64,000 bases of DNA, taken from positions 9,176,001 to 9,240,000 of the forward strand of contig NC_081333.1 of NCBI RefSeq assembly GCF_022539665.2, written 5' to 3'. A model generated the notes under the pieces. It saw only the letters and a list, made by a program, of their open reading frames with translations, made no database searches and was not told the origin of the DNA. Origin of the DNA: Daphnia carinata. Its lineage: Eukaryota. Below are positions 22,651 to 36,900 of this stretch, piece after piece (the stretch's first letter is position 1; each line of letters opens with the position of its first letter). The translations under genes were made by a program, and so were the position numbers.

Positions 22651-25600
22651 TTTTTCCACGTCGTGCACAGGAAACGACACTTCCTAAAGAAGCTGAGACG
22701 TGTCGCAATAATAGCTACTCAGCTAAGAGGGGGGAGCAAATAACAATTGATTTGCATGCCAAAAAGGGAAACCATTCAGCAACTATGTTTATACACTAGA
22801 AATACGCTAGATGAGCGTTAAAAAAAATGTACATGCAAACGAGAAATGCTAAAAGAGGAGTTACCCAGAGTTGCCGCTCACTCTGTATGGACCTGTCGGA
22901 TGTCATCAGAGACGGTCTTTTGTTGTGATTTTTTTTTTCCACGAGGCTTTTTTTCTTTAGTGAAGACGTGCCGTGAATAAGAACGCAGTGAAAAGGAAAA
23001 AAAAAATCGTAAATTTTTTTTTTGTTCTTCGATTGTGCTCGAATTTCACCTGTGATATTCGTTTACTTGGTGCGTTTAAGAAGAGGAATCAGCAGGGCCC
23101 ACCCAATGATTTTGACCATATCACTCGGCCGTCCTAGATGGTTGTTATCCAATACTCTACATGTTGTGTTTTATATAGAGCCTACAAAGACAGATCATCT
23201 GCGTCAAGTTGAAAAGATAAAAAAAAAAGGGGGGAAGAAAAACGGAGCATCTTTTTTTTTTCTTGAAAGAAGAAAAAAAAAAAATCTCTGATGGAGCCGA
23301 AAAAGAAATATTCTGACGTTTTAGCCGCCCACGTTGGGAGCTCGCTCCGCAGATGGTTTCCCCCTTTTCCTTCTTCTTATTTCAGAAAAACATCAATCCC
23401 ATTTAGATCCTTTTGGGTGGTGCTTTTTTTTAAAGTGAACTTTTTTTTTTTTCATCCAAAGGTTTAAATCATCAGTTTTCGTCCCAAATCTTTCAATCAA
23501 AAATCTGCGTCTGATTTTGAAGAATAGATTTTTTTCTTCCAAGTCAAACGGGAAAAAGTCAAAATTTCGGGGGGGGGGGTGACCTACTACTACCATAGCT
23601 AATGGCAAATCTTTTTTTTAAGGGAAACGAAATGTCACTCACTTGTTGTTTTCCTTTTCTCCAACTCTCAGTGAGTTTAAGCTGACTTTCTTATCGACTT
23701 GGTAATTAGCCAGGAAACGCAGCTAGAGTCTCACTCTTTGAAACCATAGACCAAATGGCTAATTTGCGACAATGTCCAATCCCACAGCATCCCTTTTCCA
23801 GACCCCTTTAGATTTTTTTTTTCTTTTCGTTGATGAGTTTCATTTGACCAGATCTTTTAGCAGCTGGTCTATCCACATTTAAAAAAAAAAAAAGGAAAAC
23901 ATTTTAAAGTCTGGTCAGGAAACACGTGGGAGCCGGACTTTGGTCAAGAATCCAACTATTTACACACAGCCATCAAGATATGGTGGAATTAAAAGCAAAA
24001 TAGCATCAGCAGATAACATACACACAACAATAGGACAGCAGCAACAAGGATGAATATATATGTATATATCGACATCAGGCATTCCTCCTCGGCATTCTCG
24101 ACACACACACACAGATATCTTTTTCTTCTTCGGGAAGAGACTCGTGTGTCCCCCCCTCTTATATTCAAAGTTCTCCTTCATCCTCTCAAATGCGGAACAA
24201 AAGAAAACCTATTTCGTTGCCCGAGAGAGATTCCGTCTGACCCCCCTCTCATCTTCTCGAGGTTCTTCATCTCAGCTTCTGATCTCTTGAGGAAAAAAAA
24301 AAGAAAATCAAGACGAGAATTCCTTGCCTTTTTTTTCTTATATAGTCCGCGATGGTGGTCGTACATGCCCTCGTCTTTTTTTTACCTGATATACCTTTGG
24401 AAGGCTTTGGTCGTCATCCCCCTCTCGTTCTGAGACGCCGCCGCCGCCGCCATTCTAGCAGATATAAATTGTCGTTGCCAAACTCTCCCTAGTCTATATA
24501 TTTATTTGATATTTATGAGTACGTGTATGTGCTTAACGACAATCGTCCTCTCCGTCAAAAAGACGGTTCGTTGCTCTTTTCTTTCGGGGAAAGAAAAAAA
24601 AAACATTCCGACGTGTCTTGACATCTGGCTCATCAGTGACAAGATGGGAGAAAACACTTACTCTACGAGGAAATAGGCAGCTTCTATCAGAGGTAGATTT
24701 CTTATACAATAGCCCGAGCGAAAATGCGCATCAGTTCCTCGGCATCTGATGACCAGCGACCTGAAAATTGGGGAATTCTTATCTAAACAAAACACACAGT
24801 GTCGTGAATGATTCTCTTATTTTTATTTTTTTTTTCGACCATCCGTCTCTTCGAATCAGACATTTTACTGTGTGTCCTATCAGGTAAAAAGAAGAATATG
24901 AGGTAATTAAGTGTTGGAAAGAATAACAAAAAAGAATACGGTGACGCAAACTCTCGCCGTCAGCAGCGCCAGCGGGATGGCCCTGAATTTTTTGAGCCGC
25001 CGGTATACCCTGGGAAATGTGTCTCACCCTCTGATCTATTCTATAACCTTTTTTTTTTTTTTTTTTTTCAAAACATATACTCGATTTTTTTTTTTTTTTT
25101 CGTTCCTCTCTCTCCTAGTAGTTCTTCCGCTTTAAGAGACGAGGCTGGATGATGTTCTTTCTCTTGTGTTATGTAATGGGAAACATGGAGGGGGGAATGA
25201 TGTGGAGCAATTCTCTATTCACGTATATTTTTGCCCTGTACGCAGTTTCACCATTTTTTAGACGTCGCATTGTGTCAAGCCTTAGACCCCTCTATGTTTG
25301 GACCCCCTATTTTTTTTTGTTAAGTCTATTATTTATAAGATCTGGTTGAGAAAGGCTTTTTTTTTTTTGGATCCCGGTGAATAAGGGGATGTGTATAAAC
25401 TACAGGGGGGATTCCAATAGACAACGAGGGAAAGGGTATAGGGGGTTGATTATGTAAGTCCTGGTTCTTTAGTTTTTTTTGTCCTCTTGCTTGTGTGGCA
25501 CCGGGCGCTAATCAGGTGAGTGAATATTGATAAGTATAGAGGGTAGCAAAGTTGATCGCTTGGAAATTTATGTGTGCCTGTCATTCACTTTTAGGACTCA

Positions 25601-28600
25601 GTTTTTTTTTTGGAGGGGAGAAGAGTATTGCATCATCTTCCAGGCATGTTGACATTTTGAATTCATTCCCGCAAATTGAATTGCAATCAAGCGGAGATCA
25701 TTGTCTTTTCTTTCCGCTCGACGTCAGGGAATATTATTACGGTTTAATGAGCTATACTTTCGCTGTTACTCGCAGTTTTTGACGGTCTTTTTCTTCAAAC
25801 CGCACCCTATTGTTCTGCCCTTTTGTGTCGTGAAACGAGATCGTCTTGAAAGACATGTCTCCCTTAAAAATTTCAAAAGAGGAAATGTAATCCGGAAGAG
25901 AAAGGATCCGGAAACGGAGGTCAAAACAATTTTTCTCCTCTCACTTTTTTTTAAATGTTCAAACAAAAATTTTTAAAAATAAAAAATGTACAAAATAGCA
26001 ACTTCCTGTACATGAAAAAGAGACAAGAAACAATTGCGTGAAACAATGAAATAATAGCCATTTCTTTGTTCCATAACAAAAGAGAACAAAACGAAAAAAA
26101 AACGGGCAGTTATTTCTTTAATAGAGCGGATCATCCGTGGACACGCCACTTATATTCGAAACAAGTAGACGTGCAGAATAAACACATCGTCCACGAATGA
26201 GAGTGGGAACTCTCTTCTCACGGACTCGTCCCAATTCAATAGAGGAGTGACATCACGCAGGACAGTGAAGGGTGGGAACGGAAATTGACCCCCACGCACA
26301 TAGTCGGTTTGATAAACGAGTTCGCCATGTGAACCACATCAAACGAGCCATAGGTAGAGAGCCAACCTTCTTGAACCCCTTTCCCTATTGTGCAAATGTC
26401 CGTTCACTGTGGGACGGTATGTGTGTGGCTTTAAGGTTCTGTAATGATCCCTTACAGGCCGATACGCCTTTAGGGCGCCGAACGAAAGGGGAGAACAGCG
26501 GAATGTTTTTTTCATTCCCGATCCAATTGTTACGTGTGCGTAAGATCCGTAGGGGTAAATTTTTTTTTTTTGTGTTCAGTAATAATATAGATCAGGTAAC
26601 AAGAGATGGATAACCTATCAATGATCGTAATGATCATGGGAACTCGTATCAACATTTTTTCAGACATTTTTAAAATTTCGAAATGAGGAAATTTTGTAGA
26701 AAAGCTTGACTTTGGTTTGATAACCGTGTGCCGAGCCCATCCATCCGTAAAAAAAAAGAGGGTTATATTTAAGGGAAATCTAGAATGTTATGCTATAAGA
26801 AATTGGAGCGGGAGGCTGACAACGTGCGAGTATCAGGTTCACCATTTTTTCTAGAAAATAAAAAATAATAAAAATGTTTTTTTTTTTTTAAAGATAGGAC
26901 TAGTTTAAAAAAAAAAAAACATTTCTCTTTAGCCTAAATTCTAAGTCATGTAGTGATGGGTTTCTCTCTCCAACTCCATCCATCTAATCCTTCTCTATAC
27001 GAAGAAGGGCAGAACGTAATCTTATATAGGATACGTCTCGTGGCGGACCAACGGCGACGACGTCTCGCGGTGTCTGTTTCTTCTTCTTCCAGTTAGCCAA
27101 GCATCAATAATGTTTTTAGGGTTTGGTTCGTTTTCTTTTTGCCCCCCCCCCCCCCTAGGACGTTTACGAGTGAAGACGCACAACATCCATTTTGATTTAG
27201 AAAACAAAAAATTGTCAAGAAAGAAAAAATTCTATTTTTTTTTTCTAACGTAACAATGGAACTGCTGTTAAATTCAACCCTCTCCTCCTTATAACAAGAT
27301 CTTCTTGTTGTTGGTAGTCTGCGACAAAATGTCCTTTTTTTTTATTTTTCGGGGGGCCCCGTATGACGCCATAATTCAATATGGAACCAACAACCCACCA
27401 TCGCCACTAGTACTACACCCCATTGAATAACAGCCGAAGAAGGCTCGTATCAAATATAAATACATTGAAGATGAAGCTCCTTTTTTTTCTCCTTCAAGAG
27501 GGGGGACTTTGATGACGATGGCTGCTGTTAACTGGTGTGCCGTGTCCCGGTGTGTATCTATATGATCCATACCCCCAGCATGCAGACATTATTGTACACA
27601 CAGCAGCAGGAGGAGCTGCTGCGGCAGCTGCTGTTGTAATGCTCAATACCCCCAGCCCAATAAGAGAGGGGGGTAGAAAGAGGGGGGGGGGGGGATCACA
27701 AAAAATCCCGTACATGCGCGTGTGTGTATGTCGTTTTGATATGTATAAATAGGAAATGGGGAGCATTGCAGCAGTTCCAAAAGTGGGTGCCGTGTATGTG
27801 CTGCTATAACCACCTGGCCACCACCCCTCCGTTTTTTCAAGAGACTTTTCAGACCAATAGATCCGATTATGTAGAGAGTTTTTCAATTTTATCGAAAGTT
27901 CCTATACATCGAAGAATTGTTTCACATGGCGTCTTTTTTTTTTTTTTTTTTTTTTTTTTTGCCCCTTTTTTTTTTTTTTTTACAAATTTTTAGACGATTT
28001 ATTTTTACAGCCTTTAATGTTAGGTGGATAGTCTTGAAGCGATGCCAACAAAAGATGTTCTTCCTCCGGTTCTTTTATTATTCACCCCTTTTTAACAATG
28101 GTCGATGCAATCTTCTCTCTTTTTCCGCGTTGAATGTCTATAGTGAAAACTAGACCGTCTAACAAGCTGATAGAGGGAAGGGGTTAGACACGTGAGAGTT
28201 TTTCAAGTTCTCGTTGAACTAATCAAAAGCCTCGTTATGTATATTATGAAGCGCTTCAAAGCGTGCACACAACAGTCTAAGGAAATTAGCAATTGAAATT
28301 CCCGTGCATTTGCATTGTGTCTTAGATGGGTACTACATGATGTAAAATTACACACATTTTGCGGCCGTCTCAATTCAACCAGAATGAAATCCTCTTTTAT
28401 TTTTTTTTTTGTTAGCAAACCTATTTTCCAAGTGAAATTTTTCGACTCTGATTTTAAATTGCAAATTTGGTGATCCAAATCGGTTGGAGACCGTCACGTG
28501 GTTACATCGCGTTACGACGAAAGACGTTTGTCATTGCAGAAATAGATGTGTGTGGCCGGGCAAAGCAAGAGATTGGCGTGATGGTCACGCTCAACGCTTC

Positions 28601-30961
28601 GACCGTATGTGAAGTTTCGTTTTGCACGCATGACAAACTTTGCGCACAAAAGAGGGGCCAAGTTGTTGCTGCGGTTGTATCCCCCCCACCCCCCAAAAAG
28701 AAAAATATATTTTTTTTTTCACGTGTATGTGTCGGTAGTCGATATATTTATGGAAAGCAGAATGAATGAAATTTTCCCATCGATTGAATATATCCGAGAC
28801 GCTGCGGTTGGGGCGTCGATCCATTCATACGTTTGTGTGATTGCGATTTCAATGGAAGTCAGCAAGAAAAATGCCTTCCATGTTAGGATCTATATAGATT
28901 TTTTTTCCTTTTGAATAATGGGCGCAAACGCTTTTGAATCACTTTTGGGATTACATGGGAAAAAAAAAAGAAAAATATCGGCCATTGCGTCACGGCGACG
29001 TCGACGACGCATGGGTGATATACATTATTTGTATCGGAATTATTGATTCTTTTTTTTTTTTTCAGGAGTTTTTCTCTTTTCCCCCCTCTACGAAGGGGAC
29101 AACAACAACAAGGAAGTAGGGAAATGTAATAAAATAAAAGAAAATGAAATACAAGAAGAAATTGTTTGGGAAAGAAAAAAAAAAGGTTCTCACCCAACTG
29201 AAAATACGCGTCCAGCGTACAGAAAAACTATCGGAGAAGGGGCGCGGCCTATTGTTGTGTCAAACACTAGGGGATGGGCTCGGTCAAAACTGGATGGCAT
29301 TTTTTTTTTCTTCTTTTTATGGACTGGATATTACCGAAGTGCTGATGTGTTTTTGTATATATCGATATTTTTATATATATACGAACTATATATGGGGAAT
29401 TTGATCCACGACTGACGGATTCCGGTTGCATTTCCATCCGGGACATTGAAGAAGAAGAAAAAAGGGATGGTCTTTTTGACAGTCAATCGGAAAACACATT
29501 TCAGATTTTTTAAAAACGGTTAAAGGGATCAATCGGGAATTCATAACGGGACAAGGTGACATCAATGCCCGAATAAAAGGCCATCGTCATTCATCATTTT
29601 TTTTTTGTCTTATCTCGCATCTTTATAATTTTTAAACACATTCCTCATGTACTTACAAATTGTGTGGTCCCGATTTTTTTTTCCAGGTTTCCCGGTGAGC
29701 GGATGGAAGGCTGGAACAAATAAACCCCGCCGTGAAAAAAGTCGTCGCAGGCATCCCGTGATAGCTCTCCATCATGTTACAGGAAGAATCTCTTTTCATC
29801 CAGTTTGAACCGTACACAACTTTCTTTTCTTTCTCAACGAAAAAAAAAATCATAGTAGAAAAAAAAAGGTAACATCCTAAACGTAAATGTATACAACATC
29901 ATTACAGTACTCAATTTCTAAAATTATTTATTAGGAAAAATTGACAGCGGTGGGAATGGCTGGATTTTTCCAGACGATTCGGTCCTTTCGGATTTTTTTT
30001 TTTTTTCCAAAAAGAAAATGTTGCCAAGATTCTTACTACTTAGTGTCGTACAGTTTTTACGTTGTAGATGTCTGAGAGAGTCTATACGCGACACGATAAC
30101 GATACGAACTGTCACCGTCCATCAGCCAAAGAAGCAGCGGCTCCTTCAGTGTACACACACACGCTGAATGGGGGGCCCCCCACGCAATAAGTGCTTGAGG
30201 GGGGGTTTCGTCTTCCTCCTCTCCGATAACCCACGTGGTTTGTCGTCGACTACAGGGAATTTGAAAATTTATTAAAGAGAAGTCTCAGCTCCTTCACGGC
30301 TTCAGCCGAACATTTTCGGAATCAAAGATCGGAATTTTAGCTATTTTCGATCTTCACGCCTTCCACCTTTTTTCATTTCTTACAGGTATTTTTTCTAAGG
30401 TCTTCAAAGACTTTTAGAAAAATATGTTCTATGTAATTTTCTTACCCTTTTTTTTTCTAGATATTCTGAATTTTTTCGAGAGAAAAAGTGGACATTCAAA
30501 GAATCAAAAAATTTCGGGAAAAAGATGGCCGCTGACTGAAATTTAGGAAAAGAAAAAAACAAAACCTTTCGAGGATAAGCGAAAGAGGAGAATGGCGAAA
30601 GGGAGGGTGGCAAAATTGTATAACCTGTGGGTTTTTTTCGAGTTTTCCTATTCTCCTAGCGGAAATCGGTGGAACTATAAGACCTATACCATCTGTGTGT
30701 GTACAGGGGGGGGGGGGGGTAACCTTTTTTTTGGGACGGGGGGGCGCTCAACAACGTGGTCGTGTATGTGTCTCAGTGGGCTCAGTTGTGTCTGGACTCG
30801 TACGTCGAACGGGTCTCTCCAAAAAAACGTGGTAGTTTCATTTTGTTCTCGTGGCCTCAGTGTTTTGTGAGTGACGTCTTAACACACACACACATACATT
30901 TAAAAAAAACAAAACTCTTTGGATTACACGTCAACGGTGAAACATTCTAAAAAAAAACAAA

Positions 30962-33900
30962 ATGTCAATGATGTCGAATGAATTGCTGCTGTGCGCGGAT
31001 GCGTGTCCGGAAGTGATGCCAGTTGCTGCCAGAGATCCTGCCATAATGAGGGATCGACGTGTCTTGCAACAATTGCTCGGTCTGGAAATGTTTTCCGTTC
31101 CATCGAACGATTATTTTGCACCGCCCAGCACATCCGAGTTGCAGCCGTACATGCGTCGTGTCGTAACCACCTGGATGCTAGAGGTTAGCCTATTTCATCA
31201 AATTTCTACGAAAAAAACAAAACAAAAAGCTAACGACTTTTCCAAGGCCTTACCCCCAAGTTCTTTTGACCTTGTTTTCTTTCGAAAGTTGGCCTTTTAA
31301 AAAAGTGGATTGACCTTTTTTTCTTCTTCTTCAATGGGGAAACCATTTTTTTTTTTGCTCATCCACACCCCTTAAGTGTCCCTTTAAATCGCAAGTACTT
31401 AGTGAAATACTGGAAAATAACGGGGGTATGAAGAGGCGATTTTTTTTTTTTGCTTAAACTGCAATCCTTTAAACAATAAATGATTTAAACAGGTGACTGA
31501 GGAGCAAAACTGCGAAGAACAGGTCTTTCCTCTGGCCGTCAATTTGCTGGATCGTTTCTTGGCTCTAGAAGCCTCCGTTCTTCAACGGTGCCAACTCCAA
31601 TTGCTCGGCTGCGTCTGCCTCTTGACGGCCAGCAAGTTGCGCCAGTGCCGGCCCATCGGCGTCGATCTCCTCGTCTACTACACCGATTACAGCGTGACTC
31701 CAGCCGAGATCAGGGTAAGTCAAAAAAACTTAATCACTTTAAACTTCTAAGAAATGTTGTTTATTTGTCTTTTTGTTTTATCTCTTATCTTTATTGACGT
31801 CGTACCTTACGTTAAAAAAAAAACCTTGTGCCAACCGACTTTCTTTGATAACGAATTTTCGTGACCACCCTGGTCAGTCTTTTATTTTTTTTTTTTTGAA
31901 TGAAAGGGAGGTGTCGAAAAGGCTCTGTCACTTGACCTTTTTCACGGTCCAGTAGAAATATAATGGGGGTAGCTAGAAGAAGAAGAAAAAACACACACAA
32001 AATAATACTTGTCACTCTTTAAAGAAGTGAGGGGAGGTCTTCATTTTTTTTTTTCCATGTGTCAAAAATAAAAGAAATGACACGTTTCGGCAACGTTTCC
32101 TTTTTTTTTTCCTACCACCCCCACCCGAAAAAAAGTCTTTTGACCTCTTAAAAAGTTGCCGAAATGGACACATGAGTTTACCATCCATTTTTTTTTAAAG
32201 GGGATGATCAAGAGTTTTTGGGAGGGTCATTCACAAGAAAGAAAAGTTGTTGCCTCCTTGAAAAAATTTCATGTGAGAAAAATGTTGTGTTTGCGCTGGT
32301 TGACTCCTTGACCCAAGAGAGGGGGGGGGGACACAAGTAACAGGTTTGTTTATACACTGGGTTACCATGCACCCCCGACTCTTTGTTAGAACGGACAACT
32401 GGAGGAAGAAAAGGGACTCGTTGGAATGTTGTTTTAAAAGTTTAAACAATTGCCCCTAAAGGCGATACTTATTTTATTTATCTCTTTATAGTAGTAGCAC
32501 TGGTACTCTCTCTATATATACATGAAAATATTTTATTAGTTTAAAAAAAAAAACGTACCAGCGCCAGTTGACCCATAGTTTTTCTGTATACTTAAAAACA
32601 AAAAAATTCCCACCCACTTTTCTTGGTTTGGAGGTCGCAAAGGTTAAACAAAAAGGGCTAATAAAAAAAAAAGGAAAAGTTTATTAACGCGGATACTGCT
32701 CCGTTGAATGGTGTAAAAAAGAAAAGTTTGAAACAAAAGAGAAACGGTCGGCTTCGATTTATTTTAAGGAGGCGGTAGTAGTTAAACGTCTAATATAACT
32801 TTTTTGTTGAAGCTTGTGTGACGACTTCCTCTTGTTTAAAATGGCAGCGGCGTGCTTGACCATTAACGGCCATTCGAAATGTTCAGTCATCATCGTCCCT
32901 TCTTTTACGACATATTTTCACAAAAAAAAAATGTTTAAAGAAAAAGCGAATACTTGTAAGTGATTCCGGTGGGTGCGCAAAACAAGAGCGAAAAATAGCA
33001 TGGGAAATGGAGAACTTCCGCCGATGTTTGTTCAATGAACTGGACCCTTCAGACAAGCTTTTTGAATTACCCGAAATCTGGTTTCTCTGGCTTCAAAAGC
33101 AAACAACAACAGACCCTCAAAAGATATACGAGACGTTTTAAATTATCTTTTTTTCCCTTCAGATTCTACATGCCTTCTTCTTTAACGTGTCAACTCGTGT
33201 GTTAGTATAAAGAAAAGTTTTACGGGGAGGGTGAGGAGGGATGTTATTATATACACATGAGGCGGAAAAACGAGACGGGAAATGATGTAGCGGATCAGTT
33301 CCGCTCCGGCTGTTTTCGAATCTTGCGAATTTGTAGGGAAATATTTTTCAGACATGTTTTTTTTTTTTTTTTTTTCAAAGAGGACAATAAAGAAAAGGGT
33401 TGCAAGATCATTACTCGTGGTTGCAACTTGTAATAAAAGATGTTTGCCTGATCGCAAAAGTGTTGTATTATACAATCATTCATGGAAATGGTATACTGTC
33501 ACGTTCAGAATTTTCCTACCTGTTTTTTTTTTTTTTTTGTCATGAGGCTGCCGACCTTTTAATCCGTTTTTTTTTTTGTAAAAGAAAACTGGTCATACAA
33601 AGAAAAAGGAATTTTATATTTCTACATTCCGTCCAGTCACTTTAGGGTCATTTGTCGTTAAGAAAATTATTCTTTTTAAAAGGGGAGTAAAAAAAAATGC
33701 GATAGGTTTCTGGACATTCTCTTTCCCACACGTAATCGATCCCTGCTGTGTTATAATTTCATTTCGAAAGTTGTCGACTCGACGTGAGAGGCTCGTTTGA
33801 AAGATGGTCGAAAAAAAATAGAGGGGTCTTACGAATTGGAAATTGGGTCTAATGAGCCGCTCAGTGGGGGTGGGTTTTTTTTTTTTTAAAGAAAAATTCT

Positions 33901-36900
33901 TGTCGGCACCTTCGTACCTTTTCGAACAAGCCCCCGAAACACCATTTTTTCTTGAATTTGATTTCATTTAAAAACTAGGAAGAAGCGCGTTTTTTTTTCC
34001 GAGGCCAACAATGATGAAATCAGGTATGCAGACGTATTGGCGCGCACCTGTCAAAAAAGCCTACTGACGTCGGGGTGATTGGCATACAGCCGTGGACTTC
34101 AACTAGATGTCGTTCTATTGGGTTGTTGTTTTTCTGCACAAAAAAATAAAAGAAAATGGCTGAATGTTTTCAAGGAGGGGAGTTGTGTGTTGGAAGCAAA
34201 AAAAAAACCCGCAGTGTAATCATCTCTCAAAAGCAACCGAAAGAGGAGGTTTTTTTTTTTCCTCTTTCAAAGTCACGAAGCGCGGCAAAAAAAAAAAAAT
34301 AATTCTAGCCAATGAGATTTTGTGTGTGTAGAGGTGACCACTACCATTTTGAAGAGAGGGGGGGGCCCTCCTTTGGTCAACCGGCACATTCCATTTCAGA
34401 GAGAACCAAGGAGGGGAGTTGCGCCCGTCCTCCTCCTTTTTTTTTTTTTGCAGCGTGATGGATGGTAGCCATTTTCTTTTCAGGTTCTTCAAGGATGACC
34501 TGCTAGATATCTTGCTCTATAGATGCATATCATCCAGTTCCATGTTTACACTGGCTATGTGGAACTTTCTCTTCTTGTCGTTCATACTCTCAACTCCTCC
34601 TATTTTCTTGTAGGTTTTTTTTTTGTGTTTTTTGAATTGTAATTTTACCGCACCGATTAGCCGCGCAAATTTTTTTGTTTCTAGTGTGACATTTTTTTTT
34701 TTGTTTTGAAATTGAAAAATTTTGGTTTTACCTGAAGTTTTGGAATAAATCAGTTTAGATCCGACACGGCGGGGAATGATCCCCTTTTAAGTTTTTCATA
34801 AAGAATGTACCGCTTGAAAGTCGTTTTTGAAAGTCGGTTGTCTCGTAAATTGCCCCTTTTTGTCTTTCTACTTTTTTTTTTTACTGCACAATAACAAAAG
34901 GCGATACAAGCGAAAATAGATAAAAACAAAATCAAGGAGCTAATGTTTCTTTCATCGAGGCTCCTCATGCAAAGTGAATTGACATTCTTTACTACGTTTT
35001 TGCATAGGGAAACGTTTAAATGATTCAACTGTTTTTGCAACCCATAAAAATTGTTGTCCTATTCTTCCATTTCTAAATGTATTATTTTGTGAATACTTTT
35101 TAAAAAGAAAGAAATGGGCATAAACATAAAAACGTTTTTTGAAAACAGGTTTGGGAAATGTTGCTGCTGGGCAAACTCGGCTGGGACGTGTCTGGCGTGA
35201 CGGCTTTTGACTTTGTCGACCACCTGATGGAACGTATTGATTTGTCATCATCTTCTTCGAGTCAAGTCAGCAACGATCACAACGTGCTCTTGACGACAGG
35301 ATCCGTCAGAGACACGGCCGCCGTCCTACGCGGCCACGCTCTCACCTACGTCAGCCTCTGTTGCACAGGTAAAACAAATCTTCATCTATTTTTGGGGTCG
35401 CTAAAGTTTAGCCGAGCGAATTAATTCGGTGCGAGCAGATGATTTTTTCCCGGCCAGCAGCTGTGTTTCATCCCCTCGTTTTTCAACTATTATTGTAATC
35501 ATGAAAGTAAAGAGAGAAAAAAGCGATCTATTCAAAAAGCGTTTCGTGTGGAACACACGCACCAATAGCCCCCTCCATAGACAGATGTTTATACATTGAA
35601 GCTTCTACAGTCAAGTCCCCCCCCCCCTTAGTTTCAGGCCCCCTTCAACATTTTTTGTAATGGTTGTACACGTCCGTACGTATTGATGGATGCCCGGTTT
35701 TCGGTCATGTTTCGGTAATGGTGGGCTGTTGACTTTGGCAGATTGAATATTGAAATTTTGTTTTCCCGAATGAGAAAATTTGCGTAAGAAAATTGTTTGC
35801 CTAACCTGAGAAAGAGCATCGACGTTGTTGTGCAATCGGAAAAGGTGGGGGGGAGCTGCTGCGATTATGAACAAGATGAATGTGTTCACACACCACCTGT
35901 TGGAAAACAAAGAATTTCGCTTTAATAAAAATTTTGGGGACCATCTTCGAAGGTGTGTAATGTGTGCCCAGCAGCGGCGGAAATGCCACATTAGCGCTGA
36001 GGCGCCGCGGGAAGCTCACGCGGTCGCCCTCCCAAGAAAATTGTTTGCTTCACTTGTTTATTTGTTCTCATTTCTTCTTCTTTCTTCTTCACATTCCTCT
36101 AAACTAATTTCCCTTCCCTTTTTTTTTTTCCTCCCCTATTCTTTTTGCTCAGTCTTTGATTTTATTTTAGAAAAAGTAATAGGCCCTTCTTTTTTCTTAG
36201 AGGGGGGAGGAGTAGGCCCACATCTGTGAATGCTGTAGGCTCAAAAAAAAAACTAGGTGGTTCATTCATTGTTTCTTGAAAAGAATTGTTTGCTTGTTTT
36301 TGGCCCCGGCAGTGTTGTTATTTCCTTTATGAATGAGAAAAAAGAATATTTCTGAAGCCGCTTGGATGATGATTATAAGAAAAACGCGTAGGCCTTCTCA
36401 AATAATAACATGAGGGACCTGTTGTCTGCTAAGACACTCCCCCATTGGACTAAAAATCGGTGGAATGCGGGATGATTGTAGGCATCGTTGTGGACATTGA
36501 CCATTTTTCTATTAACGCTTTTGATCTATATTTTGTGTGTGTGGAAATATCACGAAGGATGCTGGATCATGCTCTGTGAAATAACACATCATCCGTGGTT
36601 ATTTTTCTTATGTAGACGAGGGGGAAGAGGAAAGAAAAAGAGGCCAAAAAAGAAACGTGAAACTCGTGGAGGATATCTTCTTCTTTTGATCGGCCTCGAA
36701 CGTAGGGGGAAAAAAAAGTCTTGAAGGGGGCCGAAAAATAGGGACTGGAATGCTTTTGGGGGGGTAAGTTGGTTTTTCGGTTTAGAAGACCCATGGATTC
36801 TCTTTTTTTTTATATATTTTTCGGGGTTACCAATGAACTCAGCAGGTTTCTGTTAGTGCCCACCAGATCCTCGACACTTTGCTTCAATCATGGGGCTTGT

